Part shown: positions 25,171 to 39,319 of the stretch, piece after piece
Numbering within the stretch: position 1 is the first letter of the stretch
Layout: each line of letters opens with the position of its first letter
From: Octopus bimaculoides
Taxonomy: Eukaryota
Assembly (NCBI RefSeq): GCF_001194135.2
Contig: NC_068990.1
Location: forward strand, 28,328,931 to 28,392,930
DNA: 64,000 bases
Direction of reading: 5' to 3'
Translations under genes and position numbers: made by a program
The notes under the pieces: model-generated
Told to the model about the DNA's origin: nothing
What the model saw: the letters and a program-made list of their open reading frames with translations, nothing else
Databases searched by the model: none

Positions 25171-25701
25171 GAGGAGGAAATGGGTTTCTGAATGGTGGGG
25201 AGCTGGGTGTGGTGGAGCAAATGCATCTGTACAAAAGATTTAAAAAATGCTGGAGATTAAGAAGTGGAAGAAACAAGAAAAAAAAATTATATAAAAGTTT
25301 CAAACAAATATAGAAAAAAAGTAAGACAACAGCAACAACAACAAATAAAAGTGGCAAAAGTAGTTAATGGAATAAGATATAAAGGCTGAATGATTTAGGA
25401 TGTCAAAAACTATGATAAATGTTCGAAATTGAGGGGAAAAAAATAAAATATTTTTCATAACTTTCGATAATTTCAACGTTCTAATTTACAAGTTTCTCAT
25501 GAAAATACGTGGATGAAAGACATCTCTGAAACTGTGATACATATTAACGAAAAATTCTCAATAATCCAAGCTGATGAAGAAATTTTCTTAAGTTGAAGTA
25601 ATTGGTTTTTAGACAAACTTTCAAGTGATTGTTATCATATTTGTTTTTTGTTTTTTTTGTTTTGTGCAGTTTTTTAATGTTTCTGTTTGATATGAGTTAT
25701 G

Positions 25702-25739
<38 letters not shown>

Positions 25740-27439
25740 NNNNNNNNNNNNNNNNNNNNNNNNNNNNNNNNNNNNNNNNNNNNNNNNNNNNNNNNNNNNN
25801 NNNNNNNNNNNNNNNNNNNNNNNNNNNNNNNNNNNNNNNNNNNNNNNNNNNNNNNNNNNNNNNNNNNNNNNNNNNNNNNNNNNNNNNNNNNNNNNNNNNN
25901 NNNNNNNNNNNNNNNNNNNNNNNNNNNNNNNNNNNNNNNNNNNNNNNNNNNNNNNNNNNNNNNNNNNNNNNNNNNNNNNNNNNNNNNNNNNNNNNNNNNN
26001 NNNNNNNNNNNNNNNNNNNNNNNNNNNNNNNNNNNNNNNNNNNNNNNNNNNNNNNNNNNNNNNNNNNNNNNNNNNNNNNNNNNNNNNNNNNNNNNNNNNN
26101 NNNNNNNNNNNNNNNNNNNNNNNNNNNNNNNNNNNNNNNNNNNNNNNNNNNNNNNNNNNNNNNNNNNNNNNNNNNNNNNNNNNNNNNNNNNNNNNNNNNN
26201 NNNNNNNNNNNNNNNNNNNNNNNNNNNNNNNNNNNNNNNNNNNNNNNNNNNNNNNNNNNNNNNNNNNNNNNNNNNNNNNNNNNNNNNNNNNNNNNNNNNN
26301 NNNNNNNNNNNNNNNNNNNNNNNNNNNNNNNNNNNNNNNNNNNNNNNNNNNNNNNNNNNNNNNNNNNNTAATAATAATGATGATGATGATGATGATGACG
26401 ATGATGATGATGATGATAGTAATAATAGTAACAATAATGTCGTTAGTGGTGATGATTATAATATTAATAGAAATAATATAATGGTAATAATAGTTGTTAA
26501 TGATTTATCCATTTGCCATGAGTCTAACAGACAGAAATCAAAATCATTTAAATAAAAGTGATAAAAAGTTATTTAAGATTAAGATTGTACATAAATCAGT
26601 TATTTGCAAAAAAAAGTATACATATATATATATATGAAATGACAGCATCAACAACTAGATGATGATAATGATGGAGGTGGTGGTGTTGGTGTTGGTTTAT
26701 ATGATGTTTTTTTAATGAAATGGCAAAGCAAAGTGTTATGTGAAAACAAAGAAATTACCACACCACCACCATCTTCAACGCTACTACTGCTGCTAACTAT
26801 AACGCCACCACCTCTACTACAAGTATACCATGGTCAACACCCAAAGCAACGTCACGAAGGTGAAATCCTTCGCAACAGCGGCCATAAATATCATACGGTT
26901 TTCTAAGTCGGACAAAACACTAATTTAGCAAAAAATACGAACTTAAACTTTGCGAAGTGCTGCATCAAATATAACTGGACTGTTATTAGAAATGACTTCC
27001 AGGCGACAAATACTTTACAGATGTTTGCTATTGATAATCGGCGTCGAGAAACGGTCTCTCATGTTCAAATGAGAATGTGCTGGCATGAAGTGTGATCCGA
27101 TATAAATTTCAACACTAGCGTCCGACAATTCCGCACTATCGAAGTGAGGTTCATAGATACATCATTTAAAACTGAGAAATTTGTCTTTTTTTTTACGACT
27201 TATGTAGGAAGAGAGAGAGAGACGAAACACGGCTGGTGAAGGTGAAAATATTTAGCGTTCCACCAGAGGTGGTTTCTCTTGGGATGTAACGAGCATCGTT
27301 CTAGAATTTGTTGGTACAGTTATGGAAGTATAGAAAGTATATAGACATGAATATATAAGTATAGAGAAAGGCGAGTCGCTCTGGAACAAGACTAAATGTT
27401 CGAGTGTAGGTGAAACTGGATCACCGGAATAGAAAAAAA

Positions 27440-27570
27440 TCTGGAATCCAGTTCAGCTACTGAATGGAGCAGAACATCATATCATGTCGGTAGGGTATAA
27501 GATCTAGGTGTTATATATGTGGTGACGTGAAGAACCTGAAAGATTTCTGCACATAACAGGAAGCAAAATT
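27440..27570 (+). mobile_element. Possible decayed LINE ORF1 zinc knuckle
   Basis: GIRSRCYICGDVKNLKDFC fits CX2CX4(H>N)X4C; the surrounding 27350-28800 may be the same decayed LINE. Confidence 0.35.
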
Positions 27571-28844
27571 ACGGATGTCATTCTTGCTTCTAACAGCACA
27601 GATATGACAACTACAACAATACCAAGAACAGCGTGAGAGTTGTACGAGCAGGAACAGTAACAGCGATACTGACATCGACTTCAAGACTGAATCCAACAAA
27701 AGAAACAAAATAGCAAAAGCTACAGCAACAACAACACCAGGAAGAGCATCCCGCCCCCAAAAGACCCTAAGCAATATGATATCAACCATCACAACAACGG
27801 CAAAAATAATATCTTAAACATGAGTAAATGAATCCTCCAATCATGTTTCAACAATCTAAGATATAATTCTCCTGTCGGTAGCTAAAGCAGACATACATTA
27901 TACTGAGGACAGGAAATGGAAAACTGCCCCAGAGAAAGGAAAATATACAAAACAAATCTACCCAGACAAAAAGATGATAGATTCGAAGGAGAAACTTGAA
28001 GAGGGTAAACATCGTCACAAACTCCACCATCACCAGCACTAGAGATAACATTAGTGCTACAGACATCTCCAAAAATTCAAATCTAAAGAAGAACCATATC
28101 TCGAAAGCATCAGCATATATAGCCACATTTACAAATGCATTCTTACGGTCACACTCTGTCGGCTTTTGCATCATTTTTGCTTTAGCATCATTATTGCACC
28201 CACGTAGTTTATAGTAACCATTTTTGTTCACTCCTCTACACATTATGCCTTTGCAGTATGACTGGGTTTTATCTTTGTCAAAGATTCGAATTAGGTATAA
28301 TCAGCAATATTTAGTGATTCAGTATCTCATTTCTGGTTTCCATCACTGAATAACAGCCACCGTTCCTCAAAGAAGCGTTTTTATTTCGGAAAATTAGTAT
28401 CTTGAGGTACTCACAATCTTCCTGAACTTAAATGCTATGTTTGTATTTCTGAGCAGCAACGAAATTAGTTCCTTCAGAAATTTTCTTGAGAATATCCTAC
28501 ATCTTAGATATAGTGAGAGCTTTGAACGACATTTTAAAGATATAGATTAAAAGCATCGATTCACCCAAAGAGAATCCCAAAGGACTATTAATAACGGAAA
28601 GAGACAGTGTAGGACGTTTACGATTTTAACCGGTCGGCTAGAGACGGTAGATTTATATCTGCTCGCTCTGCCTAGATGATATCGAGTGATGGTATATTTG
28701 CATATTGTTGCTGAATGTGTCTTTTCCACCGTAAGAGCCTACAGAGATGCGATTAGTGTTTTAGTTACGCGCCGGTTGAACTTGAGAAAGGACAAAAACT
28801 GCAGTTCTATATTTTTAAGAGAAGAGGAATTATGTACATTATTT

Positions 28845-29102
28845 ACGGGCATATGGCGTAGTGGTTAAGAGCGCAGGCTACTGACCTCAAAATTCCGAGT
28901 TCGATTCCAGGCAGTCACCTGAATAATAATAATAATAATAATAACAACAACAACAACAACAACAACATCGAAAAATACCTTAGGAGTGAAAACCAAGGTT
29001 CAAAATTTCCCCAAGACACCTGATGAAGGCTGTAGGGTATATCAGCCGAAACGTTGTGTTAACAAAATATAGGACAAATATCCGTCAAATGTAAATGATG
29101 TA
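28845..29102 (+). mobile_element. tRNA-derived SINE, family D, with a hammerhead-containing 3' region
   Basis: A box TGGCGTAGTGG (28854-28864), B box GAGTTCGATTCC (28897-28908), internal (AAT/AAC)n, then the hammerhead; 5' flank TACATTATTTAC is an 11/12 inverted copy of the 3' end GTAAATGATGTA. Confidence 0.8.
29015..29060 (+). ncRNA. Minimal type I hammerhead ribozyme motif, intact core with one extra A after A9
   Basis: GACAC-CUGAUGA-A-GGCUG uaggguauau CAGCC-GAAA-CG-UU-GUGUU; ACGU palindromic stem III; predicted cleavage after 29055. Confidence 0.7.
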
Positions 29103-30074
29103 AGACAAAAATTGGTAGTAATGTTCTGAAGAAGACGATTAGAGTAGAATCAATAAGTTTTAACAAAAACGTCTCGTTAGAGAGAAGTAAATAGAGGACA
29201 TGTATTGAATAGACTAGGCTTTTGAGACAGACATTGGAACGTGACAGCAGCGCGAAATTCCCTTGTTGATTTCTTCAACGTGAATCGCGAAGGTCGATTT
29301 GTCAGATCTAACGAACGTAACTAAATCATGTAGACAGGAAAAATTCCGATGGCGACGAGTGAATAAGTTCCAACCACGCATGAATGTTATAAATCGTTTT
29401 CAAACGAGCAGAGACAGCTGGACGCTGCTCGACTCCAGAGAATATTTCATCAGACATTTCGGAGTAAATTCAGCTCAACCGAGCCGCAGCGTCATGCTTG
29501 CTGAGATACGAAAGCGTTTGGGATGCACTCGCTTAGTTTCTAATTATTGAGTTTTGTCGGAAAGCTTTCACTACATTTTTCGATGGAAAAAGCTACCAGC
29601 CAAGTGTATAGGAAAAACAGTCTATGAATGCTTAGCAGTATTCCTCTACTTACAGGCTATAACGTGCGTTACATATAAATGTACAGATGTGGAGGGGGTA
29701 CATAAGGACAAAAGATTAACACTTTCGGCCAAAATTACATCAACTGTTTCAAGTTTATCATAAACATAAAGGAAGGATTGCAGAGGGAAATTCATTCACC
29801 TCATACACTCAGGGAAATATGTGTGTCAAAGGTAAACTACCAAACTTTCAACATGCACTTGTAACTCGGGAAACGAACGACCGGAGAAGGAACAGACGTT
29901 CAATATGTTTTTTAATTGGTTCTTGGCAGCTTTCAGACGCATTCAGGAATATAGCCTATTGCAATTGTTACTTCGTGTAATTGTTGCTCTTACACATTTT
30001 ACCTAACCCTCAGCCCTTTTTGTATCTTCACTTGACTAAGCCCATGTAGCTAATAAACATATAATTATTATTCT

Positions 30075-30640
30075 TAAAATTTTCGTTATTATTTTTTCCT
30101 TTATCGAGAAAGCAGTACATGCATTTAAAGTGAAGCTGGGGTACAAATATATGGAGCCCCATATGCCCTTCATGACTACCCGTCGGATAAGAGTATAGCG
30201 GGCAAATGCATCACAGCCATATGTACGTGATCTCATATCAAGATAAACAGCGCATGACATCGCAGGTGGGGCCCAGTTAGAATTTTCTTCAGTTCAAGTA
30301 GCCCATCCCGCTCAAACGGTTTCTGAATAAGAGCTGTTTATGGACGATGAACGAAACACCCATGTTTCCAAGGATGGCTCATTTAAACCCCCCAAGAATT
30401 CCGCTCAGCGCAATGCTATCATGCCCCCGCACTACTTCTGCTCGTAATCAGAGATACACACATTGTCAGCCACTGAGGGACATCTTTAACTGGTTAAGAC
30501 CTTGCAACTAACAAGCAAATTTGTGGTTTTGAGTAGAATATTTGCTGACCATACATTTTACACTAAGACAAGCCATAACACTTCAAATCAGCTAAGATCA
30601 GAAGCCATAAAAGCCTCTGTCTGGAAATGCATCAGGGCAT
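30075..30640 (-). repeat. Unclassified interspersed repeat
   Basis: Resembles an abundant Octopus repeat as recalled (..CTGAAGAAAATTCTAACTGGGCCCCACCTGC..); single copy here, unverified. Confidence 0.45.
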
Positions 30641-30649
30641 ATATTATAT

Positions 30650-31650
30650 TATTAATATCATTTGCACAGTGTTGATCTTGTTAGTACTCGGTCGTTTAAT
30701 TCACCCTTTATCAAGTTATGTAATCTCAAAGATACACTACTTTACTTTGGATATTTGCTACTCGCTAAAGTGTCTTTTGCAATATCGTAATACTGAGTAG
30801 GTGGCGAGCTGGTAAAATCGTCAGCACGCCGGGCGAAATGCTTAGCGGTATTTCGTCTGTCTTTACGTTCTGATTTTAAATTCCGCTGAGGTCGACTTTG
30901 CCTTTCATCCTTTCGTGGTCGATAAATTAAGTACCAGCTGCGTACTGGGTCGATCGAATCGACTGGCCCCTTACACCAAAATTCCGGGCCTTGTGCCTAG
31001 AGTAGAAATCATTCACTACTACTACTAGAATCCCTAAAATAGAAAAGAATATCGTAATCCTGGGACATATTGTTTTATAACAAGATCTTCCTTAAGCATT
31101 TTGGTTCCCACTTAATTATTATCAGTGGCACTATTCTTTTCATATTCCACATTCTTTTTTTTTCTTCTTCATATCTTTTCATATTCCACATTCGTTTTTT
31201 CCCAAGCCTACATATTTCATGATTTTTCTCTTTTCCTTTAGTTTTGATAAAATGGTTTTCCGGGGAAGCGACATCCTTCCTCTAATATCTCTTTACAGTA
31301 TCTTTCTCCACCAAACTTTTATCTGGCCATGTATGTTCGATACATCTGTCTGGATTGTAAAGTCCCATAAGAGTTTCGGTCTGATTTTCTTGGACCTTCT
31401 CTGGTTTGAGCTGATACCATTTCTCAGTAGTTGGAAACTTATATTTCTTGCAAAAACACCAGTGGAGGTGTTAGCATATTTAATCGTGGCGCCATTAATT
31501 CTCTCTCAGCGCAAGCGTGTCACAGGGACATACAACGTGTGTCACATATTCCACCTTCTTTGCACATAAGCTACACATATTTTTTTCATCTGGGTTATAC
31601 ATATTTTTATCGGAATCCTGTTTAGGGTTTGATCCTGAGCAGCCACCAAC
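30650..31650 (-). mobile_element. Third R4/Dong-clade 3' fragment, interrupted by a SINE A
   Basis: WLVAAQDQTL, CSLCAKKVEYVTHVVCPC, WRHD, LHWCFCKKYKF, EKWYQLKPEKVQEN, a frameshifted WDFTIQTD, IEHTWPD, KDVASP; the C-terminal ILQKTL..ANIQSKV lies left of the SINE. Confidence 0.85.
30799..31010 (+). mobile_element. Full-length SINE A with apparent target-site duplication
   Basis: Flanked by AATATCGTAATACTGAG (about 30781) and AATATCGTAATCCTGGG (about 31048). Confidence 0.9.
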
Positions 31651-31665
31651 CATTTCTCTGTCTGT

Positions 31666-32240
<575 letters not shown>

Positions 32241-33054
32241 ATTATTGATATTTTTCTTCCTAATCTTATCGTCATTATTATTAGCAGTATTAGTAGTAGT
32301 CGCTGGTGTATTTTGTTTTTCATTGTTGTTGTTGTTGTTGTTGCTATTATGTTGTCGGTGGCAGACGATCGTAGCTGAAGTGGCGGCGCTGTAGTTGATG
32401 GCAGCAGTGTTGTTGTATTCAACTATAAGAAGAAATGGAGAAAAAGAAAGAAAAAAAGGACAAAAGAAGGAAAAATATTTCAGAATAATCGTGTAGCTAA
32501 AATTAAATAAATTGAACACTTTGGAGGTTTGGTCTGCTGCGAAGCAAACTTCTTTCTTCTCATTTTTTTCCCTCTCATTTTCTCTTATCTCTTTATATTT
32601 ATTGCTTTTTAATCATTTTTTTTTCTTTCTATATAGTTTTCGTCTATCTCTTTATACACAACTCATGTTTTTTTCAAACTTCAGACACAACAAAGCACTT
32701 GAGGGGGAAAAAATGGTCACAAAAGACATGGAATATTTAGACCATTTTCGTATTCTACATGTTTAAACAGACTTCATAACCACACCGACACCACCACCAT
32801 AGCTATTAATAAAACAACAACGACGACGACGAGGACGACGACGACGAGGACGACGACGACGAGGACGACGACGAACGCTATCTCCACCTCCAACACCAAC
32901 GCCTCCATGATTTTGTATCTTGCTTGTGGCTTGGCTTTATGTAAAATTACATCAATATTCGAAGTCTAGGTTTAGCAATTTTGTTTTTCATAGCGGGATA
33001 GCAATTGTTGTGCACAGACATACATAGATACGCATATAGAATTACAAGCACACG

Positions 33055-33096
<42 letters not shown>

Positions 33097-33909
33097 CACA
33101 CACACACAAATGATCACATATTAAATATACAGGCAAAAATATACGGATATATATATGTACATATATATATACGAACATATGTATATATATATATATATAT
33201 ANNNNNNNNNNNNNNNNNNNNNNNNNNNNNNNNNNNNNNNNNNNNNNNNNNNNNNNNNNNNNNNNNNNNNNNNNNNNNNNNNNNNNNNNNNNNNNNNNNN
33301 NNNNNNNNNNNNNNNNNNNNNNNNNNNNNNNNNNNNNNNNNNNNNNNNNNNNNNNNNNNNNNNNNNNNNNNNNNNNNNNNNNNNNNNNNNNNNNNNNNNN
33401 NNNNNNNNNNNNNNNNNNNNNNNNNNNNNNNNNNNNNNNNNNNNNNNNNNNNNNNNNNNNNNNNNNNNNNNNNNNNNNNNNNNNNNNNNNNNNNNNNNNN
33501 NNNNNNNNNNNNNNNNNNNNNNNNNNNNNNNNNNNNNNNNNNNNNNNNNNNNNNNNNNNNNNNNNNNNNNNNNNNNNNNNNNNNNNNNNNNNNNNNNNNN
33601 NNNNNNNNNNNNNNNNNNNNNNNNNNNNNNNNNNNNNNNNNNNNNNNNNNNNNNNNNNNNNNNNNNNNNNNNNNNNNNNNNNNNNNNNNNNNNNNNNNNN
33701 NNNNNNNNNNNNNNNNNNNNNNNNNNNNNNNNNNNNNNNNNNNNNNNNNNNNNNNNNNNNNNNNNNNNNNNNNNNNNNNNNNNNNNNNNNNNNNNNNNNN
33801 NNNNNNNNNNNNNNNNNNNNNNNNNNNNNNNNNNNNNNNNNNNNNNNNNNNNNNNNNNNNNNNNNNNNNNNNNNNNNNNNNNNNNNNNNNNNNNNNNNNN
33901 NNNNNNNNN

Positions 33910-33965
<56 letters not shown>

Positions 33966-34119
33966 ATATGGGTATTCAAATTGCCTGAACACAACTTTAC
34001 CAAATACAGCTATTGAAATATCTCCAAGGATACACAAAATATTGTTTGTTTTTACTGCTCTTTTAAAACAGAAAAGAGGAAAGATTACCCACACAGACAT
34101 TTGTGTACATACGTACACG

Positions 34120-34200
<81 letters not shown>

Positions 34201-34481
34201 GCTTACATATATACCGATATATATGTACATACGTGCATAGCGAAATGCGTACACGCACACACACATATACATAAATGCAAGCAAATTAATGTACATACAT
34301 ATACTTGCTCGTGTGAGTGTATGTGCGAAGGTGTAGAAAAATGTAAAATGACGGCTACTTGTTGGGAAAGAAAGTAAATAACTGCATGTATAGAATAGTA
34401 TTTGTACAAATCGGGAGAAAAGGACGGTAAAATCATGAGAGACCTTGAAATATAGAGAGAGAGGAATAACAAGAAAGAAAG

Positions 34482-34563
<82 letters not shown>

Positions 34564-35306
34564 AAAGGTAGAGAAGAGGAAAGAGAGACTGATTGACCTA
34601 AAGGCAAATGGAATGATGGTGCAAACGCAGTGTTTAGATAATGATACACTGGAAGATAATGATCAATAAAATGAATGAGATTTGGAGAGTGATAGAGAAC
34701 AAGAGTGATACAGGAAGGGAAAACGAAGAACTACGAGAATAATCAGTGTTTAATGCTATAAAATTTGTATTAACAAAAACATCTAACTACAGTGTTTATC
34801 ACAGACAGCCACAACGTTCAGCTGATAGTCTCTCACTCTTTCTTTCTCCATACCACTACCTCTCTCTCAAACTCTCTCTCTCTCTCTCTGACTCTCTACT
34901 TCTAATACTTCAATGATCTAACGTTGTACATACATATTATTTTAAATTTAATTGAATATTTTTAACAACTTGAGGTCGTTTAAATATAGGTGATATATCT
35001 TACTTGCAAATATGTTCATGCATTGAAAAAGAAAACATATATAAACAGTTCTTTTTCTATATAGTTCTTATCGATTTGAAGCCATTTATGTATTATTTTA
35101 GAATTATTTATATATATTTTTTTTAATAGCGAAACCAAGTTAAACTTTATAAAAGCTAACAGAATATATTTTGAAGAATACGGTTGGTTACTAATCCAGG
35201 TACCTCACCTTAACATAAATGAATTTATGAAATATTGAAAACATTTATAAGTATAAATGTACGCACGTAGCACAGACATACACGCAACACGCAAGCACAC
35301 TGACAT

Positions 35307-35344
<38 letters not shown>

Positions 35345-35346
35345 AC

Positions 35347-35380
<34 letters not shown>

Positions 35381-35899
35381 GTGTGTATGTGTGTGTGTGT
35401 GTGTGTGTGNNNNNNNNNNNNNNNNNNNNNNNNNNNNNNNNNNNNNNNNNNNNNNNNNNNNNNNNNNNNNNNNNNNNNNNNNNNNNNNNNNNNNNNNNNN
35501 NNNNNNNNNNNNNNNNNNNNNNNNNNNNNNNNNNNNNNNNNNNNNNNNNNNNNNNNNNNNNNNNNNNNNNNNNNNNNNNNNNNNNNNNNNNNNNNNNNNN
35601 NNNNNNNNNNNNNNNNNNNNNNNNNNNNNNNNNNNNNNNNNNNNNNNNNNNNNNNNNNNNNNNNNNNNNNNNNNNNNNNNNNNNNNNNNNNNNNNNNNNN
35701 NNNNNNNNNNNNNNNNNNNNNNNNNNNNNNNNNNNNNNNNNNNNNNNNNNNNNNNNNNNNTCCTTAACAGACATAATTGCCTCTCCTAGATTAGAGTAAT
35801 TTTAGCTTATCATCACTCTCCATCTAATAAGCTGACCTGCCAACTATGGTATTCAAGATTGAACGAGACGACCGTAACAGCACTTTGAACACGCTATTA

Positions 35900-36510
35900 A
35901 ACACTGCTTGTATAGTTTGCAGAATGCAGTCGTGGCGTGAAGAGAATTCGGAAGCTCGCTTTTGGATAAAATTTTGTGTTAAACTGGGCAAAAACACAAA
36001 AAAAAACCTATGATACGATTCAGCCCCCTTATTGATTTAACTTGTATGATCCAAGCATCTGTTTTTCGTTAGTGCAAGAGGTTCAAGGATCGTAAAGAGA
36101 AGGTGAGAGATGATTAGATTTGTGAGGAGTGGAGGGAGGGGAACGAAAAAACACCAGAGCTGGTTAATAAAACTGGCAATTTCCAGGACGAAGTATATCG
36201 TGTACCTATAAAAACGGTAAGCGTACAGTTTGTGTTTGGTGTGTCATCTGTACACTAGATTACTCATGAAGAGCAGAAAAGCGCAAGATTTGAACAAAGT
36301 TTATGGCAAGTGTTCAGCGATGAGCGGAAGTAAAGACGCATTGGTGACTGCAGGGAGATGGTTGAGTTCATTAGCGCCAATCCAAAATTATTTGTCCAAA
36401 AGTATTTGCTTCTGTAGTGACCAGTGGCGAAAGCTAAATCAAATGTTATGTTAAATCGGGTCGGTGATACCTGCACCAAGACAATGCACCCGTCCATAAT
36501 TTCATCCTGG
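35900..36510 (+). mobile_element. Decayed, internally deleted mariner
   Basis: WIKFCVKLGKN, KRFKDRKEKVRDD, VFSDERK*RRIGDCREMVEFISANP, then YLHQDNAPVHN. Confidence 0.75.
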
Positions 36511-36759
36511 TATGTATGTATGTATGTATGTATGAATGTATGTATGTATGTATGTATGTATGTATGTATGTATGTGTGTATGTATGTATGTATGTGTATA
36601 CGTAGGTAACGGTGTCGACAGTGGTATTTGTTGAGATGATGGTGAAGGTGGTGAAGGTCGTTAGGGTCGTGGTTGTGTGCTTTGTGGTTGCCATATTGTT
36701 AATAGTGACTGGAAACTGATTCCACTAGACTGTTTGGGATAGGTGAACGTACACATTAT

Positions 36760-37300
36760 AGGCCCAATACATGGCTATAACCAACAAAATTACACCAACC
36801 TAGAGAAACGTACTCAATCTAGACTTTCAATCATGAAGCAGTAAATGTGCTACTGGTTTATCCTAGCAGCAGATCAATGTGGAGATCTAATATATAAGAA
36901 GAAACTCACACGCGTACCATGAGTCTATTAAGGAAGAATGCAACCTGTTTTCTTTTCAACATGCTTGTATTATTATTGTAACCAAGAGTATTCAATCTTA
37001 TTTCGAGCAATATTTCACACACACACGCTTCAGAATTCATGCAAGGTTGGAGCCACGTGCCGTACGCCCCCTACACAATTCAGGCTCCCAACACACGAAT
37101 TCACTGCAACAAAATTTCTTTTCGTTAACCCTACTCTATTTAACATTATCGCAAAATAATTCGAAGAACAAGATTCTATCACCTTTCAAAAAAGCTGGAC
37201 AAATTTGTTCATGAGATACCAGATAAGCCACCTATACCTCGTTACGCTTCAGTCAACAACAACTCCCTACTTTAATGGGCCATGACACCACAAAATTAGA
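36760..37300 (+). mobile_element. Decayed CR1-like LINE 3' end
   Basis: KKLDKFVHEIPDKPPIPRYASVNNNSLL matches the FK..LD..L..IPD.P...Y...NSL ending of CR1-type ORF2. Confidence 0.55.
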
Positions 37301-37479
37301 CTTAAATTGACTCAACAAATCCTATCACGTGATGCGACTGTGCCTACCTTTGACCGAATCTACGTTATGATCTAATTAAACGGATCCGAATTTGTACGTA
37401 TACGTATTTAATAATTTTTTTGAAATAATGTATTCAATTGCAAAATTTTCCAATCATTTTTGCATGCAACCATAAGAAT

Positions 37480-37780
37480 ATTTGAGCATAATGTAACGTT
37501 ACACAAAATTCTACGAGGGTCTGCCTAGTTACTAATCTTACAATAATGATCCACTTTTCCACTCAACAAATTGATTTCACTATTTAAATGCTGTAGATGT
37601 TTTTAAACAAACCACACTGAATAAGTGAAGACGAATAGATTTCATTTTACACTTGATGAAATTCTAGCGACGTACGTTGTAATTTGGTGCAACACATAAA
37701 TTCGGGGAAAGCTCAGTCGATGAACAAAAATATTAGTCTCTAACACATATAATATGTGAATGTGTTTTTGTCTATTTCTG
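37480..37780 (-). mobile_element. Possible decayed hAT dimerisation-domain fragment
   Basis: SFPRIYVLHQITTYVARISSSVK..HLNSEINLLSG loosely follows FP.I..LL.I..T.P.SSAS.ERSFS..RSTM.E.RLSG. Confidence 0.4.
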
Positions 37781-38968
37781 GTGCATTTCTCTGTCAATTT
37801 TAGGTTTATTTGATGGCAATAACGTATCAATATATGTCTTCTTTTGCAAGTCTGTTGAAGCATTCTCTGATTCTTTTCTGCGTCACGCACAATTATGTGA
37901 CACACTGCCATAATTCATTTGTGATCGAGAATAAAGCTCACCAATACCTAGAAGTTGCTTTGAACACCAGACGTTAGAAAAATGTGCAAACAGCAAAATA
38001 TTTTTAGTACTACTTCATTTTTCTGCGTTTCTGTGCATATATGTATGTATGCATGTATGTATATATGTATGCATGTGTTCGAGCGTATGCATATTTTACA
38101 CATGGTACATAAGATATATATATATATATATATATATCCTTACGTATTTATATATACATATATACATATACCTAGAGACGCACACATGTATGCATAGAAG
38201 CATACACACATATTCATATTACATGCATGTGTGAATAAAAAATTCCTCAATGCATTAAGTAGATTTATTTTAGTTATTTATTTATACAGTTATTAATTTT
38301 TTTTTCCTTATATAAAGTGGAACTTCAAAAGCTACAATCACTAATTTCACGTTCTTGACGCTGATATCACAGCGAAATTTAAAAGTTTCTGTATAATGGG
38401 CAACAAATATCAAACCAAAAATGAGTATATAAAAGAAAATAAACCAAAATTTTAATAATGGAGTACTCAATATTCGTGTCATGAAATGGAAGTATATAAG
38501 TTCTGTGGGGAGAAAAAAATATCTGTGGATTCACTTAAAGCAAATTGTTTGAATGAAATATGGAATTTAGGTAAAAAAAAAAAATGAAAACAAAACGATT
38601 TAGTATAGGACTGAAATGATAATAGCAAAATCGATTTTTTTGAAAAATAAGGTTTAACTATACAGAACTAAATCGAATATTTAACTCTTTATTGGATCTT
38701 TTGAAAACCTTTTCATTCACTGCAGTGCATAAAATGTTTAATTTCCAGTGAATTGTGGAAAGTAATCGTTATAGGATTATTATATAGGTTATGTCTATTG
38801 CTGCGCGGTCTCGTTCACAAAGATGGCAAAAACGTACTATTTACTTGAAGCATTCAGTTCGTAAAATAGAGTGGATTCATTCATTAGTTTATTTATTTAT
38901 TAGTTTATTTATTTATTTATTAAAGCAACGGCTCTGAGAAAACTAATCCTGTGAAGATTATATATGTA

Positions 38969-39032
<64 letters not shown>

Positions 39033-39319
39033 TGTATGTAAATGTCTGTCTGCGGTGTACATACGTATGTGTATTTAAAGATTTTCAGCGGGAAAAGCTT
39101 GTTACCCGCAAAAAAAAAAAGACCTCAACGCTTCACAGTACTATTTCAGTACTATTATCAAATACTGCTGGATAATATGATTGCCGTTCGTGACATAAAG
39201 CAAACTAAATTAGGTTTGGATTAAATTTAACGTAAAAAAAAAATGTTGTTGAGTGAGATTCTGATGAATGTTGATCGAGTTCATGATGACGAAGAGGAGA
39301 ATGATTCTAGTTATTAGCA

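Noticed and set aside
28845-28920. tRNA gene call for the SINE D head (likewise the B and C heads)
   Set aside because: No complete cloverleaf or acceptor stem, and the heads run directly into SINE bodies
29380-29460. Minus-strand CTGATGA followed by a 7-bp hairpin and GAAA
   Set aside because: No stem III and no stem I complementarity
29230-29900. Possible decayed L1/Tx1 ORF2 C-terminus on the minus strand
   Set aside because: Only vague motif resemblance
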